From a virus, in the IMG/VR virus record IMGVR_UViG_3300007351_000017, positions 1-49,131 of that record: a stretch of 49,131 bases of DNA; one strand, written 5' to 3'. Position 1 is the first letter of the stretch; every line of letters starts with the position of its first letter. Below the pieces are notes generated by a model. That model worked only from the letters and a program-made list of their open reading frames with translations, made no database searches and had not been told where the DNA came from. This document shows positions 40,870-49,131 of this stretch, in pieces. The translations under genes and the position numbers were made by a program.

Positions 40870-42767
40870 TTGAGCTGAATTTAGGGCCTGGCGAACTTGA
40901 GAAGCTTTACGACGAATTAGACGAAGAGATCCAGTGGGTTGATGAGACTAATTCGGAGTATCAAGAGCGCCTTGCTCATCATCAGCGCCTTTACCTTGGT
41001 AAGCCAAAGCAAAAGGTGAAAAATTTTCCTTGGCCCCGTGCAAGCAATGTTGTTGTTCCGATTGTGGGTACCTTCGTTGATGCGGTGTTTGCGAGGCATA
41101 TGAATTCGCTGTTTGGAACGCCGACATTTTGGATGACAAAGGCTTTGTCAAAGGCCTGGGTTCCTGCGGCGCCGCTTTGGCGGGATTTCCTTGAATATGA
41201 GTCGTACTATACGTTTGGGCTGTGGAATTTCAGCTGCAACTTTTTGATGACGGCGGTTAAGCATGGCTTAGCGATAGCTAAGGTCGCGTGGGAGCGAACG
41301 CCGGGCAAGTATTGGGTTGAAAATCCTCAGTCCAAAGGTCTTCAGGAGGTCCCGTATCTCAAAAAAGATGGCCCGATGTTGATCTCACTTCCGTTGGAAC
41401 AATGTATTTGGGCAGATGGCTCGGTCGATGTTGCTTCGGCGAGATGGGTAGGGTGGAAGTACTTCATTCATGAGCGTACGCTTGATTTCGGCGCTCGGCG
41501 GGGCTTTTACAGCAATGTTGACAAGGCGAAGGGTGGGATTGAAGAGCGACAGTTGTCGCCGGAGCAACAAGAGAAAGAAGACGCGGCAGGACGTTCGGCG
41601 GCTAGGCGTCCTCGTGGCGTTTGGCTTCATGAGGTTTCGTGGTCGCTTGACCTTGATGGAGATGGCATTGAGGAAGAGGTTGTTCTTTGGCTTGAGCGGC
41701 GAACTCGGACGATAGTTCGTGCGACCTGGCATCCGTATTGGCATCAGCGCCGATATTTCGTCGGGATGAATTACTGGCCGGTTGAAGGCCAGGTCGAAGG
41801 CCTGGGTATGTGTGGGATGCTGGAGCAACTTGCCGAGGCAATATCAACGGTGCACAATCAAGCAACTGATAACGCAACCGCCGCGAATACTCGGATTTGG
41901 GGAGCTAAGCCCGGCAACCCGCAGATTCGGCAGGGAATGCAACTCTATCCTGGAAAGGTCGTGTTCCTTGACGATCCGGAGAAGGACCTCGTTGGAAAGC
42001 AGCTCGGCGAAGTGTATCCATCAATTATCGAGCGAGAGGCTATACTTCGTGATTACTCAGAGCGCCGTGTGGGGGTTACGGATTACAGCCTTGGGCGAGA
42101 GTCACCTGTTGTCGGGTGGCGAGCTACAGCAACGTCTACGTTGTCGCTTTTGCAAGAAGCCGCTAGAAGATTTGATCTTACACTTCGATCTATTCGCGAG
42201 GGATATCGTGAGGTTGGGCTGCAAGTGACGGAGTTATATCAGCAATATAAGCCAATGGAGCGGCTTGCTAACTTTTTTGAGGAGAGGTTGCCGGAGGTGT
42301 TGTATTTCATGCAGCATCCGCCGTCCCGCGTGCGAGATGGGCTTGATGTGATGGTGGCGGCGTCCTCGGCTTCGCAAAACCGGGAGCAAGAAAAAGAGAG
42401 CTTTTTGCAGCTTTTCCAAATCTTGCAGACCTATTATTCAAGTGTTTTCAATGCGGCAGCGGCGATCGAAAATCCGCAAATTGGACCGCTGGCAAAGGGC
42501 TCATTGATCGCGTCGCTTGAGCGTGGTGGGGAATTGATGAAGCGCCTCCTTGAGGCGTGGCCGTTGCCTGATCCAAAAACCTTTGTGGTAGATCAAGGTG
42601 CAATTATGGAGGTGTTGAATGGCCTTAGGGGACAGAATCCCGGTGGGGTACCTGGAACCGGTGGCCCAGCAATGGCTGGACGACCCACTAACGCAGGCGT
42701 TCTTCCGCCACCTGGCGGCGGCCCAGGAGCGGGCGTTGGCGGAATGGGAGAAGGCGAAAACATATGA
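40866..42767 (+). CDS. portal protein (Gly/Pro-rich C-terminus)
   Basis: 633 aa, upstream of the scaffold and capsid genes. Assigned by size, position and general portal-like composition. Confidence 0.6.
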   Translation: MIELNLGPGELEKLYDELDEEIQWVDETNSEYQERLAHHQRLYLGKPKQKVKNFPWPRASNVVVPIVGTFVDAVFARHMNSLFGTPTFWMTKALSKAWVPAAPLWRDFLEYESYYTFGLWNFSCNFLMTAVKHGLAIAKVAWERTPGKYWVENPQSKGLQEVPYLKKDGPMLISLPLEQCIWADGSVDVASARWVGWKYFIHERTLDFGARRGFYSNVDKAKGGIEERQLSPEQQEKEDAAGRSAARRPRGVWLHEVSWSLDLDGDGIEEEVVLWLERRTRTIVRATWHPYWHQRRYFVGMNYWPVEGQVEGLGMCGMLEQLAEAISTVHNQATDNATAANTRIWGAKPGNPQIRQGMQLYPGKVVFLDDPEKDLVGKQLGEVYPSIIEREAILRDYSERRVGVTDYSLGRESPVVGWRATATSTLSLLQEAARRFDLTLRSIREGYREVGLQVTELYQQYKPMERLANFFEERLPEVLYFMQHPPSRVRDGLDVMVAASSASQNREQEKESFLQLFQILQTYYSSVFNAAAAIENPQIGPLAKGSLIASLERGGELMKRLLEAWPLPDPKTFVVDQGAIMEVLNGLRGQNPGGVPGTGGPAMAGRPTNAGVLPPPGGGPGAGVGGMGEGENI

Positions 42768-42833
42768 AGATCATGTTCGGTGTAGGGAAGTTTACTTCGG
42801 CGTCGAATGGGTGTTTCGGGCGCCGATAGTCTT

Positions 42834-42848
42834 ATGGGCTAAGCCCAT
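42834..42848. promoter_or_regulatory. palindrome ATGGGC-TAA-GCCCAT upstream of the scaffold/capsid genes
   Basis: Same 6-bp arms and 3-bp spacer as 32415-32429. It lies in the 105-bp portal-scaffold gap. Confidence 0.35.
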
Positions 42849-42872
42849 ACAACCCGAGGTGGAGGATTAGAA

Positions 42873-43568
42873 ATGGAGCAACCTGGAGAAGGCAGTGGGG
42901 CGATTGATCCGAAGGTTCTCTTAGAGAGACTCGGCGCCTTGCATCAGCAAGTGGAGGGGCTTGCTGGCAAGGTCGAAGGGATTGAGGAGCTGAAGACGGG
43001 CCTGGCCACAATTGCGAAAGCCGCAGAAACTGCTGCAGCGGCGCAGAAGAGGCCTCCGGCGGAGCCATCGGCGAAGGACGGTCCGAGTCGTGAGGATATC
43101 CGTGTGGGGCTGTTTGAAAAACCGGATGAGATTCTTGGCTCGCTGATTGAGCAAAAGAACAAACCGGTGGTTGGGCTTGTTCTTGAGACTCGGCGTCAAA
43201 TGGCAAAGATGGAGGCTCGGACACAGCATCAGGATTGGGAGCGATATGCGGCGGAGATTGATTCGGTGGAGCAGCAGGTTACACCCTCGGCGCTTGCAAT
43301 GCCTGGCGCATATGAGGCGCTTTACCGAATGGTAAAGGGGCGTCACACCGACGACCTTGTCAAAGAAGCTGTGGCGAACGCCGCGAAAGATCCGGCGAAT
43401 TTCAAAGAGGGCCCGGGGCGGGGTCCGGCGAAGACGCCGCAGGAAAAGGCTGCAGCGACGGAGCTTTCGGCGGATGAGGATGCTGCACGGTCGCTTTTCG
43501 GCTTGTCGAAGGAAGAATGGATAAAATATCAGGGCTTTGGAATGCCTGAGGCAAAGGAGGCAAAGTAG
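42873..43568 (+). CDS. scaffolding-like protein
   Basis: Ala/Glu/Lys-rich helical 231-aa protein between the portal and capsid genes. Confidence 0.55.
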   Translation: MEQPGEGSGAIDPKVLLERLGALHQQVEGLAGKVEGIEELKTGLATIAKAAETAAAAQKRPPAEPSAKDGPSREDIRVGLFEKPDEILGSLIEQKNKPVVGLVLETRRQMAKMEARTQHQDWERYAAEIDSVEQQVTPSALAMPGAYEALYRMVKGRHTDDLVKEAVANAAKDPANFKEGPGRGPAKTPQEKAAATELSADEDAARSLFGLSKEEWIKYQGFGMPEAKEAK

Positions 43569-44033
43569 ATGACTGTGAAGGAAAAAACGCCGGTCGTTCG
43601 GGTGGAGCCTGGTGATGCGATTATTGACGACCAGTCTGACATTCGCCAGCTCAAAGAGTTCCTTGCTCGCTTTCGCAGTGATGCCTTTTTAGCGGTTCGA
43701 GGAAAGAAGGTTGATAAGCATTACATGTGGGTAATCAACCATACTCGCGCTGTGGCGCAGTATTTGTCATATGGCTTCACCGTATGTAAAGATCCGGATA
43801 TTGTCGTCTGGGATCAGGGCGGAATGGGTTCTGAGAAAGCAGACGGTAGTAAGGTCGTAGGGGACCTTATCCTTATGGAGATGCCGATGGAGCGCTGGAG
43901 AATGTTCGAAGAACTCCGGCTCGAGAGGCTTAGGGATTTCCTCGGCGGTCCGAAACGGGCCAAAGAGCAGTTTCATCATGATGGTAAGTCATCTGGTGTA
44001 GAGACCTTTGAAGCAAGCGGAAAGACGTTCTAA
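43569..44033 (+). CDS. hypothetical head-module protein
   Basis: AAGGAGG RBS; 154 aa. Confidence 0.55.
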   Translation: MTVKEKTPVVRVEPGDAIIDDQSDIRQLKEFLARFRSDAFLAVRGKKVDKHYMWVINHTRAVAQYLSYGFTVCKDPDIVVWDQGGMGSEKADGSKVVGDLILMEMPMERWRMFEELRLERLRDFLGGPKRAKEQFHHDGKSSGVETFEASGKTF

Positions 44034-44048
44034 GGAGGTAACGCAGAC

Positions 44049-44597
44049 TTGGCAACGATCACTTTGGGCAAGATCGAGTTTGCGTTCACAATCTCGGGCA
44101 ATAGCCCGATGGTGCTGGCGTTTCCGGAGTCCACGAGCCTTGCTGCTGTGGCGGGAGAGGTTGTTTATCTCTCAGCGGGGCAGGTGACCGAAGCGGCAAA
44201 TTCGAGCTATGTCATTACGACATCGCCGCTCCTCGGCGTTCTCGCGGACGATGGCCAGAACACCACGGCGAACCTGTACAACGCAGGTGTCTACATCGCT
44301 AACCAGGACAACGTGTTTTCGGCGAACTTGGTTAACGACTCGGGAACCAGGATTGTGACGCACAAAGGGTACGTGGGTGCGACTCTGGGGCTTTACGCCG
44401 ATACAACGAACAGCAAGGTCTATGCCGCTGGAACCGCGGTAGCGACCGGCGTTATTCGACCTGCTCAGGTTTCAACAACGGCGTATCCTCGGATTCGCGT
44501 TTTGGCTCTGGACAAACGGGACACGGAGGGCGATACTGGCGGTCGGGTTTTGTTTGTGTTCATGCCGCAGCATTGCCAGCTGATGTCTACATCGTAG
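44049..44597 (+). CDS. head decoration / accessory capsid-like protein
   Basis: TTG start 10 nt after GGAGG. Beta-rich 182-aa protein immediately upstream of the capsid gene. Confidence 0.5.
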   Translation: MATITLGKIEFAFTISGNSPMVLAFPESTSLAAVAGEVVYLSAGQVTEAANSSYVITTSPLLGVLADDGQNTTANLYNAGVYIANQDNVFSANLVNDSGTRIVTHKGYVGATLGLYADTTNSKVYAAGTAVATGVIRPAQVSTTAYPRIRVLALDKRDTEGDTGGRVLFVFMPQHCQLMSTS

Positions 44598-44610
44598 AGG
44601 AGGTGAGGAG

Positions 44611-45519
44611 ATGACTATCCGGTCAACGAACTTCTCGGAGCTCCTCGCCCCTGGACTGCGAAAGATCTATTTCGACAAGTTCAATGAGCTTCCGACGGAG
44701 TACGACAAAATCGCCAACGTCATGACAACTAAGCGAGCTTACGAGGATGATTATCGTATGGCTGGCTTTGGGTTGTGGGGGACCAAGACGGAAGGCACGG
44801 CAACAACGTATAGCGATGCAATGCCGGGAGGCACGAGGCGCTACACCCCATCGCCGTTTGGGCTCGGCTTCCGCATCACGCGGGAGATGGTGGATGACGA
44901 CCTGTATATGGTGATGGGCAAAAGGATGTCAGCGAAGTTGGCTTGGGCAGGTCGGGCCACGGTGGAGAACACCTTTGCGGGCCTTATCAACGATGCCTTC
45001 AACGGAACAACGTACACGGGCTTTGATAGCCTTGCACTTTGCAGCACCGTGCATACGCTTCTTAGAGGAGGAACGTATGCGAACAAGCCGTCTACCGACA
45101 CAACCCTTTCGGTGACGGCGCTCCAGGCAGCGATTAACTCATTCGACAACATGGTCTCGGATGAGAACCTCAAGATCGCCCTGCGCCCACGGACGCTTTT
45201 GGTAGCGCCGGAGTGGAAGTGGGCTGCGCGTGAGATCCTTCGGTCGGAGTACAAGCCGTACACGGCGAACAATGAGGTGAATCCGCTGAAAGAGGAAGAC
45301 CTGCAATTCATGGTCTATCATTATTTCAGCTCGACCGACGATTGGCATCTCATGGCTGCTCCCGGGCAGCATGACGTGAACTTCTTCTGGCGCATCCGTC
45401 CGGAGTTTCACAACGGCGACGACTTTGACACCGGCGATGCGAAGTTCCGCGGGTATCAGCGGTACACCTGCGGATTTGGGGACTGGCACGGCTGGTATGG
45501 GAGCAGCGGTGCAGCGTAA
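44611..45519 (+). CDS. major capsid protein
   Basis: 302 aa with GGAGGTGAGGAG RBS. Position and length fit an HK97-fold coat protein. Confidence 0.65.
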   Translation: MTIRSTNFSELLAPGLRKIYFDKFNELPTEYDKIANVMTTKRAYEDDYRMAGFGLWGTKTEGTATTYSDAMPGGTRRYTPSPFGLGFRITREMVDDDLYMVMGKRMSAKLAWAGRATVENTFAGLINDAFNGTTYTGFDSLALCSTVHTLLRGGTYANKPSTDTTLSVTALQAAINSFDNMVSDENLKIALRPRTLLVAPEWKWAAREILRSEYKPYTANNEVNPLKEEDLQFMVYHYFSSTDDWHLMAAPGQHDVNFFWRIRPEFHNGDDFDTGDAKFRGYQRYTCGFGDWHGWYGSSGAA

Positions 45520-45538
45520 CCGCGGGAGGAGGTGACGC

Positions 45539-45799
45539 ATGGCCGCAATTGATAAGACTGATGTTGGGGTGACGACCTTCGCCACCGTTGCGGGGAAGTT
45601 GGTTGGTGCAGGATTCTTCACCGTTGAGGGGTCTGGGCAGGCTTTCACGGGGATATATTGTGAAAGTGAGACCAGCGCCGGTGTCGTAACCACGTCGTAT
45701 CTCTGGCCGAGCACAACTGGTGTTTGGCAAAAGGGAACGACCCAGCCTACTATTGCAACGCAGGATTCAGCGGGCGCGGCGATTGGCGCCGCTGATTAG
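45539..45799 (+). CDS. Thr/Ser/Gly-rich small protein
   Basis: GGAGGAGGTGA RBS; 86 aa. It lies between the capsid gene and the glycosyltransferase cluster. Confidence 0.55.
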   Translation: MAAIDKTDVGVTTFATVAGKLVGAGFFTVEGSGQAFTGIYCESETSAGVVTTSYLWPSTTGVWQKGTTQPTIATQDSAGAAIGAAD

Positions 45800-45808
45800 G
45801 AGTTCAAA

Positions 45809-46711
45809 ATGGTTGACATCCAAATCGCTATTATGACCTATAGTGGGTCGGAGCGGGATGGAATTTTGGCAGATGCGGCTGAGCGAGTTAGACGCTTGCT
45901 CAGTAGTATCTGTCGAAACACCGAACGAAGGGTTCCTCGGATTGTGGTGTCGGATGAGGACTCTGTGAACGCTGACGGCATTATGAAAGTAAGCGCCGTT
46001 GCTAAGGCGTTCGGCGTTGAGTGGCGACTCAACGTTCCGTGGGGAGGAGTCTCCGCGAACTACAACAATGGAGTCCGTGCAACCGACTCGAAGTGGGTGA
46101 TTTGTTTATCTGACGATACGGTGGTCACAAAGGGTTGGCTTACGGCGATGGAATACTTCATTTTAATGAATGAAGATCTTGGCCTTGGCCAACTTGGCTG
46201 GCCCCTTATCTTCTCGTATCGGATGAAACTTCACGGCCTGATCAGCCAAGAGGAGGAGTTTTACAACGGAAAGTTGCGGCTTGAGGACTTTGATCCGTTG
46301 GCGGTTTACCACCTGAACGAAGACGGCATGGGCTTTGCCCCTTATCTCCGAGGAAACTGCTCCGGGAGCGCGTTTGTACTTGACCGAGGGCTCTTTGATC
46401 AAATGGGTGGATTTCCTGAGGATAATTTTCAGCCGGACGAGTACTTCGGGTGGTGGACTTGGGTCAACACAAATCGGCTTTGTGTGCAGGTTCCGGCGCC
46501 GCCAGTCTTCCACTACGGTGGCGCATCCAGCTGGGGTGACCATGCGAAGCATGAGAGCTCCCCTTACAATACGACCCGGCGGTCGTGGGAACGGTTGACT
46601 GGCGTTCCCTTCGAAAAGCGGGGAGCCGACTCTGTTCAAATTGCGAACTCCAAAAGCTGGAAGCTTCGTGATATGCGATTCCTTCGGTGGTGGGAAGATG
46701 ATCGGACTTGA
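45809..46711 (+). CDS. GT-A fold glycosyltransferase (family 2-like)
   Basis: IAIMTYSGSE N-terminal strand, ANYNNGVRATDSKWVICLSDDTVV (DxD context). Confidence 0.65.
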   Translation: MVDIQIAIMTYSGSERDGILADAAERVRRLLSSICRNTERRVPRIVVSDEDSVNADGIMKVSAVAKAFGVEWRLNVPWGGVSANYNNGVRATDSKWVICLSDDTVVTKGWLTAMEYFILMNEDLGLGQLGWPLIFSYRMKLHGLISQEEEFYNGKLRLEDFDPLAVYHLNEDGMGFAPYLRGNCSGSAFVLDRGLFDQMGGFPEDNFQPDEYFGWWTWVNTNRLCVQVPAPPVFHYGGASSWGDHAKHESSPYNTTRRSWERLTGVPFEKRGADSVQIANSKSWKLRDMRFLRWWEDDRT

Positions 46712-47156
46712 CCTTGGGTGTGGAAGATACCGCATGCCCTTGCCGAGGTGCTTCGGAGTAGACCTCAAAAAAGAGGCTCTGCCTGAGGTGGTCGGCGACT
46801 GCGCGTGTCTTCCTGTCAAGTCTGAATCAGTCCAATACGTGTATTGCTCTCACGTGTTGGAACACTTCACTAAGGAGGGAGGCGAGGAACTTCTGCAGGA
46901 AATTTGGAGAGTGTTGGTGCCGTTAGGAACTCTTTTCCTAACGGTGCCCAACCTCTCCTGGGCTATGTGTAACATGGAGCGTGGGCCTGTTGCTCTTCAA
47001 GTTCTGTATGGAGGGCAGCATGATGCGCTTGATGTGCATAAGTGGGGATACACAAAGAAAAGTGTGTGCGATGCGCTGCAACGCGCAGGATTTTCGGTAA
47101 CCTATGCTAGAGAGCAGTACTACCAAATTAACTTAGATGCAAGGAGGCTAGGATGA
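46698..47156 (+). CDS. class I SAM-dependent methyltransferase
   Basis: IGLDLGCG (motif I), YCSHVLEHF, RVLVPLGTLFLTVPN. The ATG at 46698 overlaps the GT2 end by 14 nt. Confidence 0.7.
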   Translation: MIGLDLGCGRYRMPLPRCFGVDLKKEALPEVVGDCACLPVKSESVQYVYCSHVLEHFTKEGGEELLQEIWRVLVPLGTLFLTVPNLSWAMCNMERGPVALQVLYGGQHDALDVHKWGYTKKSVCDALQRAGFSVTYAREQYYQINLDARRLG

Positions 47157-48022
47157 TTATCGGCGTTCCATCTGGAATAGGGGACATTTCTTGGGCGTAT
47201 AGCAAGCTGTGCCATGTTGGGCAGTTGGATTACGAAATTGCTACAGGGTGGCCATTTCGAGCGGATGAGTATATGAAGATGCTTCCTGGGGTTAGGGTAG
47301 TTATGTATGGGGATTTTTCATTTGATGAAATAGTGGCGTTTGAGCAGGTTCAGTTGAAGATAGGAAATGGAATGGTGACTTGGCAAGCTGTAAAGGATTC
47401 GGGGTATGGGCGAGTGCTGCTGCAACCAAATCACCATTTAGAGCGCGGGATTCCTCTTCAGCGCTGGATGCCAGATTTGGAAACAGATTATCATTACCCA
47501 ATGAACATTCCTCAGACGGCAGTGGCTACGGCGGAGTCCCTTCTGTTCGGCGTTCCACGTCGTGAGACTTTAGTCGGAATATCTTGTGCCTCTTACCGTG
47601 GCGCGAAGGCGTGGAAAACTTGGGAACTTTTGGAGTGGACAGATTTTTGCAAAACGTTGTTAGCCGAAGGCTTTGGCCTTATTTTTCTCGGCGGTCGTTG
47701 GGATGATCTTACAGACGCTGTGGCGCTTGAGTTCACTGAGTGGCCTAACCTCGTTGGAAAAACGTCATTCGCTACTGCTTGTGCGTTGCATCAAATGGTT
47801 CCTTGGTACGTTGGCTTTTCATCTGGCCTGGGTATCATCAGAACTGTGTTACGGCAGAATTGCATGATGCTTTGGCCGGAGCATCAGCAACCCTTGTCTA
47901 CATCTTGGGCCGATCCGGAGGATTTAGAAACGCGAAGGTATGTAGTAAGCCCTTATGTGGCACTAAATACCGTAACGAAGATATTTCTTCGTCATGCGAA
48001 GGAGACACAAAATGGCGAATGA
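47153..48022 (+). CDS. GT9-like glycosyltransferase (heptosyltransferase fold)
   Basis: AKAWKTWELLEWTDFCKTLLAEGFGLIFLGGRWDD...NLVGKTSF...YVGFSSGLGI follows the GT9 C-terminal domain pattern. Confidence 0.6.
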   Translation: MIIGVPSGIGDISWAYSKLCHVGQLDYEIATGWPFRADEYMKMLPGVRVVMYGDFSFDEIVAFEQVQLKIGNGMVTWQAVKDSGYGRVLLQPNHHLERGIPLQRWMPDLETDYHYPMNIPQTAVATAESLLFGVPRRETLVGISCASYRGAKAWKTWELLEWTDFCKTLLAEGFGLIFLGGRWDDLTDAVALEFTEWPNLVGKTSFATACALHQMVPWYVGFSSGLGIIRTVLRQNCMMLWPEHQQPLSTSWADPEDLETRRYVVSPYVALNTVTKIFLRHAKETQNGE

Positions 48023-48290
48023 TGTGCAGGGGAATCCGTGGGTGATTGATACGGCTAGTGCGACGGCGCTTACAAGCAACCTCGTTAAGATTAGCCGTAT
48101 GGTATGGCGAGAGCCCACAACCGTTGGACATGCTCTTAGCGTAACGGACGCTAACAGCAAAGAGGTTTGGGACGAGTATGCGATTGCTGCAGGAAACGGC
48201 ATTAACTACGAACGTGAAGTAGAGAATTGGGTCAATGGGCTCATTGTTCCGACGCTCGATAGCGGGACACTTCTTATCTACATTCGGTAA
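48012..48290 (+). CDS. hypothetical 92-aa protein
   Basis: GGAG lies 7 nt upstream of the ATG at 48012. It overlaps the GT9-like gene by 11 nt. Confidence 0.55.
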   Translation: MANDVQGNPWVIDTASATALTSNLVKISRMVWREPTTVGHALSVTDANSKEVWDEYAIAAGNGINYEREVENWVNGLIVPTLDSGTLLIYIR

Positions 48291-48300
48291 GGAGCAGGCA

Positions 48301-49131
48301 ATGAAGAAACTTTGGGTTACTTTGCTGATCTTGCTCTTTGCAGCGTCAGCGTCGGCGATTGAGCCTGGGCTTATACAGGTATGTGAAGAAGACGGAGCGC
48401 CGTGTGGATGGTTTGCAAAGCTAAAAGTTACAAATGGAACGCTTACGGATAATGCTGATAGCACAGTGTCTGTGACTACACAGGCAGCAGACGCCGACCT
48501 AACGTCCATCGCCGGAGGGGTGACCGGCATTGTCAAGGGCCTTGGCAACGGCAGTGGCTTTACGGCTGCGGCTGCCGGGACGGATTACGTCGGTGGTGCT
48601 GCCTCCTCCACGGACAACGAGCTTGTGCGGTATGACTCGACCTCGGGGAAGGTGATACAGACGTCGTCGGTCATCCTTGACGACACATACAAGCTCTACC
48701 GCAACAGCACGACGGATGCGCACACCCTTTGTCTGCAAGGCTATCACGGGGACAGCACGGCGTTTGTTGACGCCCTCTGTATCGAGAACGAAACGGCGGC
48801 ATTAGGTAAAGTGAAGGTGACAGTAGGCGCCAACGCCACCTTTGAGACTGGCACCATACTCGTTGCTTCCGACTCCATCCACGCCCAGACGGGGACGACA
48901 GCAGACGATGATATGTATCTCGCTGCTTACGACGTGGACGGGGCCGCATATCGAAACCTCATTACCCTGAAGGCCAGCAACACCCCTCAACTCCTGCTCA
49001 AGTCAACAGCCGTGATGAACCTCGGCGGTGTGGGGGGGACGAACAACGAAGACTTAACACTCGACTTTGAGACCACGGCGAATACTGTCGCGGTTGCCAG
49101 CACCACGGGAGTAACGGCTATTTCCCTTGGC
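48301..49131 (+). CDS. 5' part of the junction-spanning secreted tail-fibre-like protein
   Basis: AAGGAG RBS. Signal-peptide-like MKKLWVTLLILLFAASASA and fibre-type motif TDNELVRYDSTSGKVIQTSSVILDD. No stop codon before the window end; it continues at base 100. Confidence 0.8.
   Translation, partial: MKKLWVTLLILLFAASASAIEPGLIQVCEEDGAPCGWFAKLKVTNGTLTDNADSTVSVTTQAADADLTSIAGGVTGIVKGLGNGSGFTAAAAGTDYVGGAASSTDNELVRYDSTSGKVIQTSSVILDDTYKLYRNSTTDAHTLCLQGYHGDSTAFVDALCIENETAALGKVKVTVGANATFETGTILVASDSIHAQTGTTADDDMYLAAYDVDGAAYRNLITLKASNTPQLLLKSTAVMNLGGVGGTNNEDLTLDFETTANTVAVASTTGVTAISLG
49033..49131. repeat. terminal direct repeat, copy 2
   Basis: Identical to bases 1-99. Confidence 0.95.

Noticed and set aside
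45139-48548. Minus-strand ORFs 45139..45714, 46163..46819 and 47898..48548
   Set aside because: They are antisense shadows of the capsid, GT2/methyltransferase and GT9/fibre genes. The plus-strand genes have recognisable motifs and coupled starts.

Overview
The window reads as one complete tailed-phage genome of about 49,032 bp. Bases 1-99 are identical to 49033-49131, and one ORF runs in phase across that junction, so the contig closes into a circle. Gene packing is tight, with many ATGA/TAATG start-stop overlaps and strong AGGAGG-type ribosome-binding sites.

There are two transcription blocks. The plus-strand morphogenesis and lysis block runs 33341 -> end -> 17615. It holds small and large terminase, an accessory island, portal, scaffold, capsid, a glycosyltransferase cluster, four signal-peptide fibre/beta-helix proteins, a lysis cassette, tail genes and internal-virion-like proteins. 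There is no tape measure and no tail tube/sheath, so it looks podovirus-like. The minus-strand early/replication block runs 32374 -> 17878. It holds many small ORFs, a Cas4-like exonuclease, a Sak4-like ATPase, a ParB-DNA methyltransferase fusion, a UDG-PolA fusion and a DUF3987-like ATPase. No integrase, canonical tRNA or CRISPR array was found.

Observations most worth follow-up:
- Two paralogous, densely structured ORF-free elements in the early operon (23526-23772 and 24692-24867). They share a 5' motif, have closing stems with compensatory changes, and one carries a tRNA-like T-arm minihelix.
- Five sugar-modifying-type enzymes (GT1, XAT acetyltransferase, GT2, SAM methyltransferase, GT9-like) embedded in the head module.
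- A 966-bp divergent control region with a TGTCG heptamer array, sigma70-like promoters and a recurring ATGGGC-N3-GCCCAT palindrome.
- Four consecutive Sec-signal-peptide fibre/depolymerase-like proteins with low-GC cores.

All functional calls come from reading motifs by eye. No database search was run.
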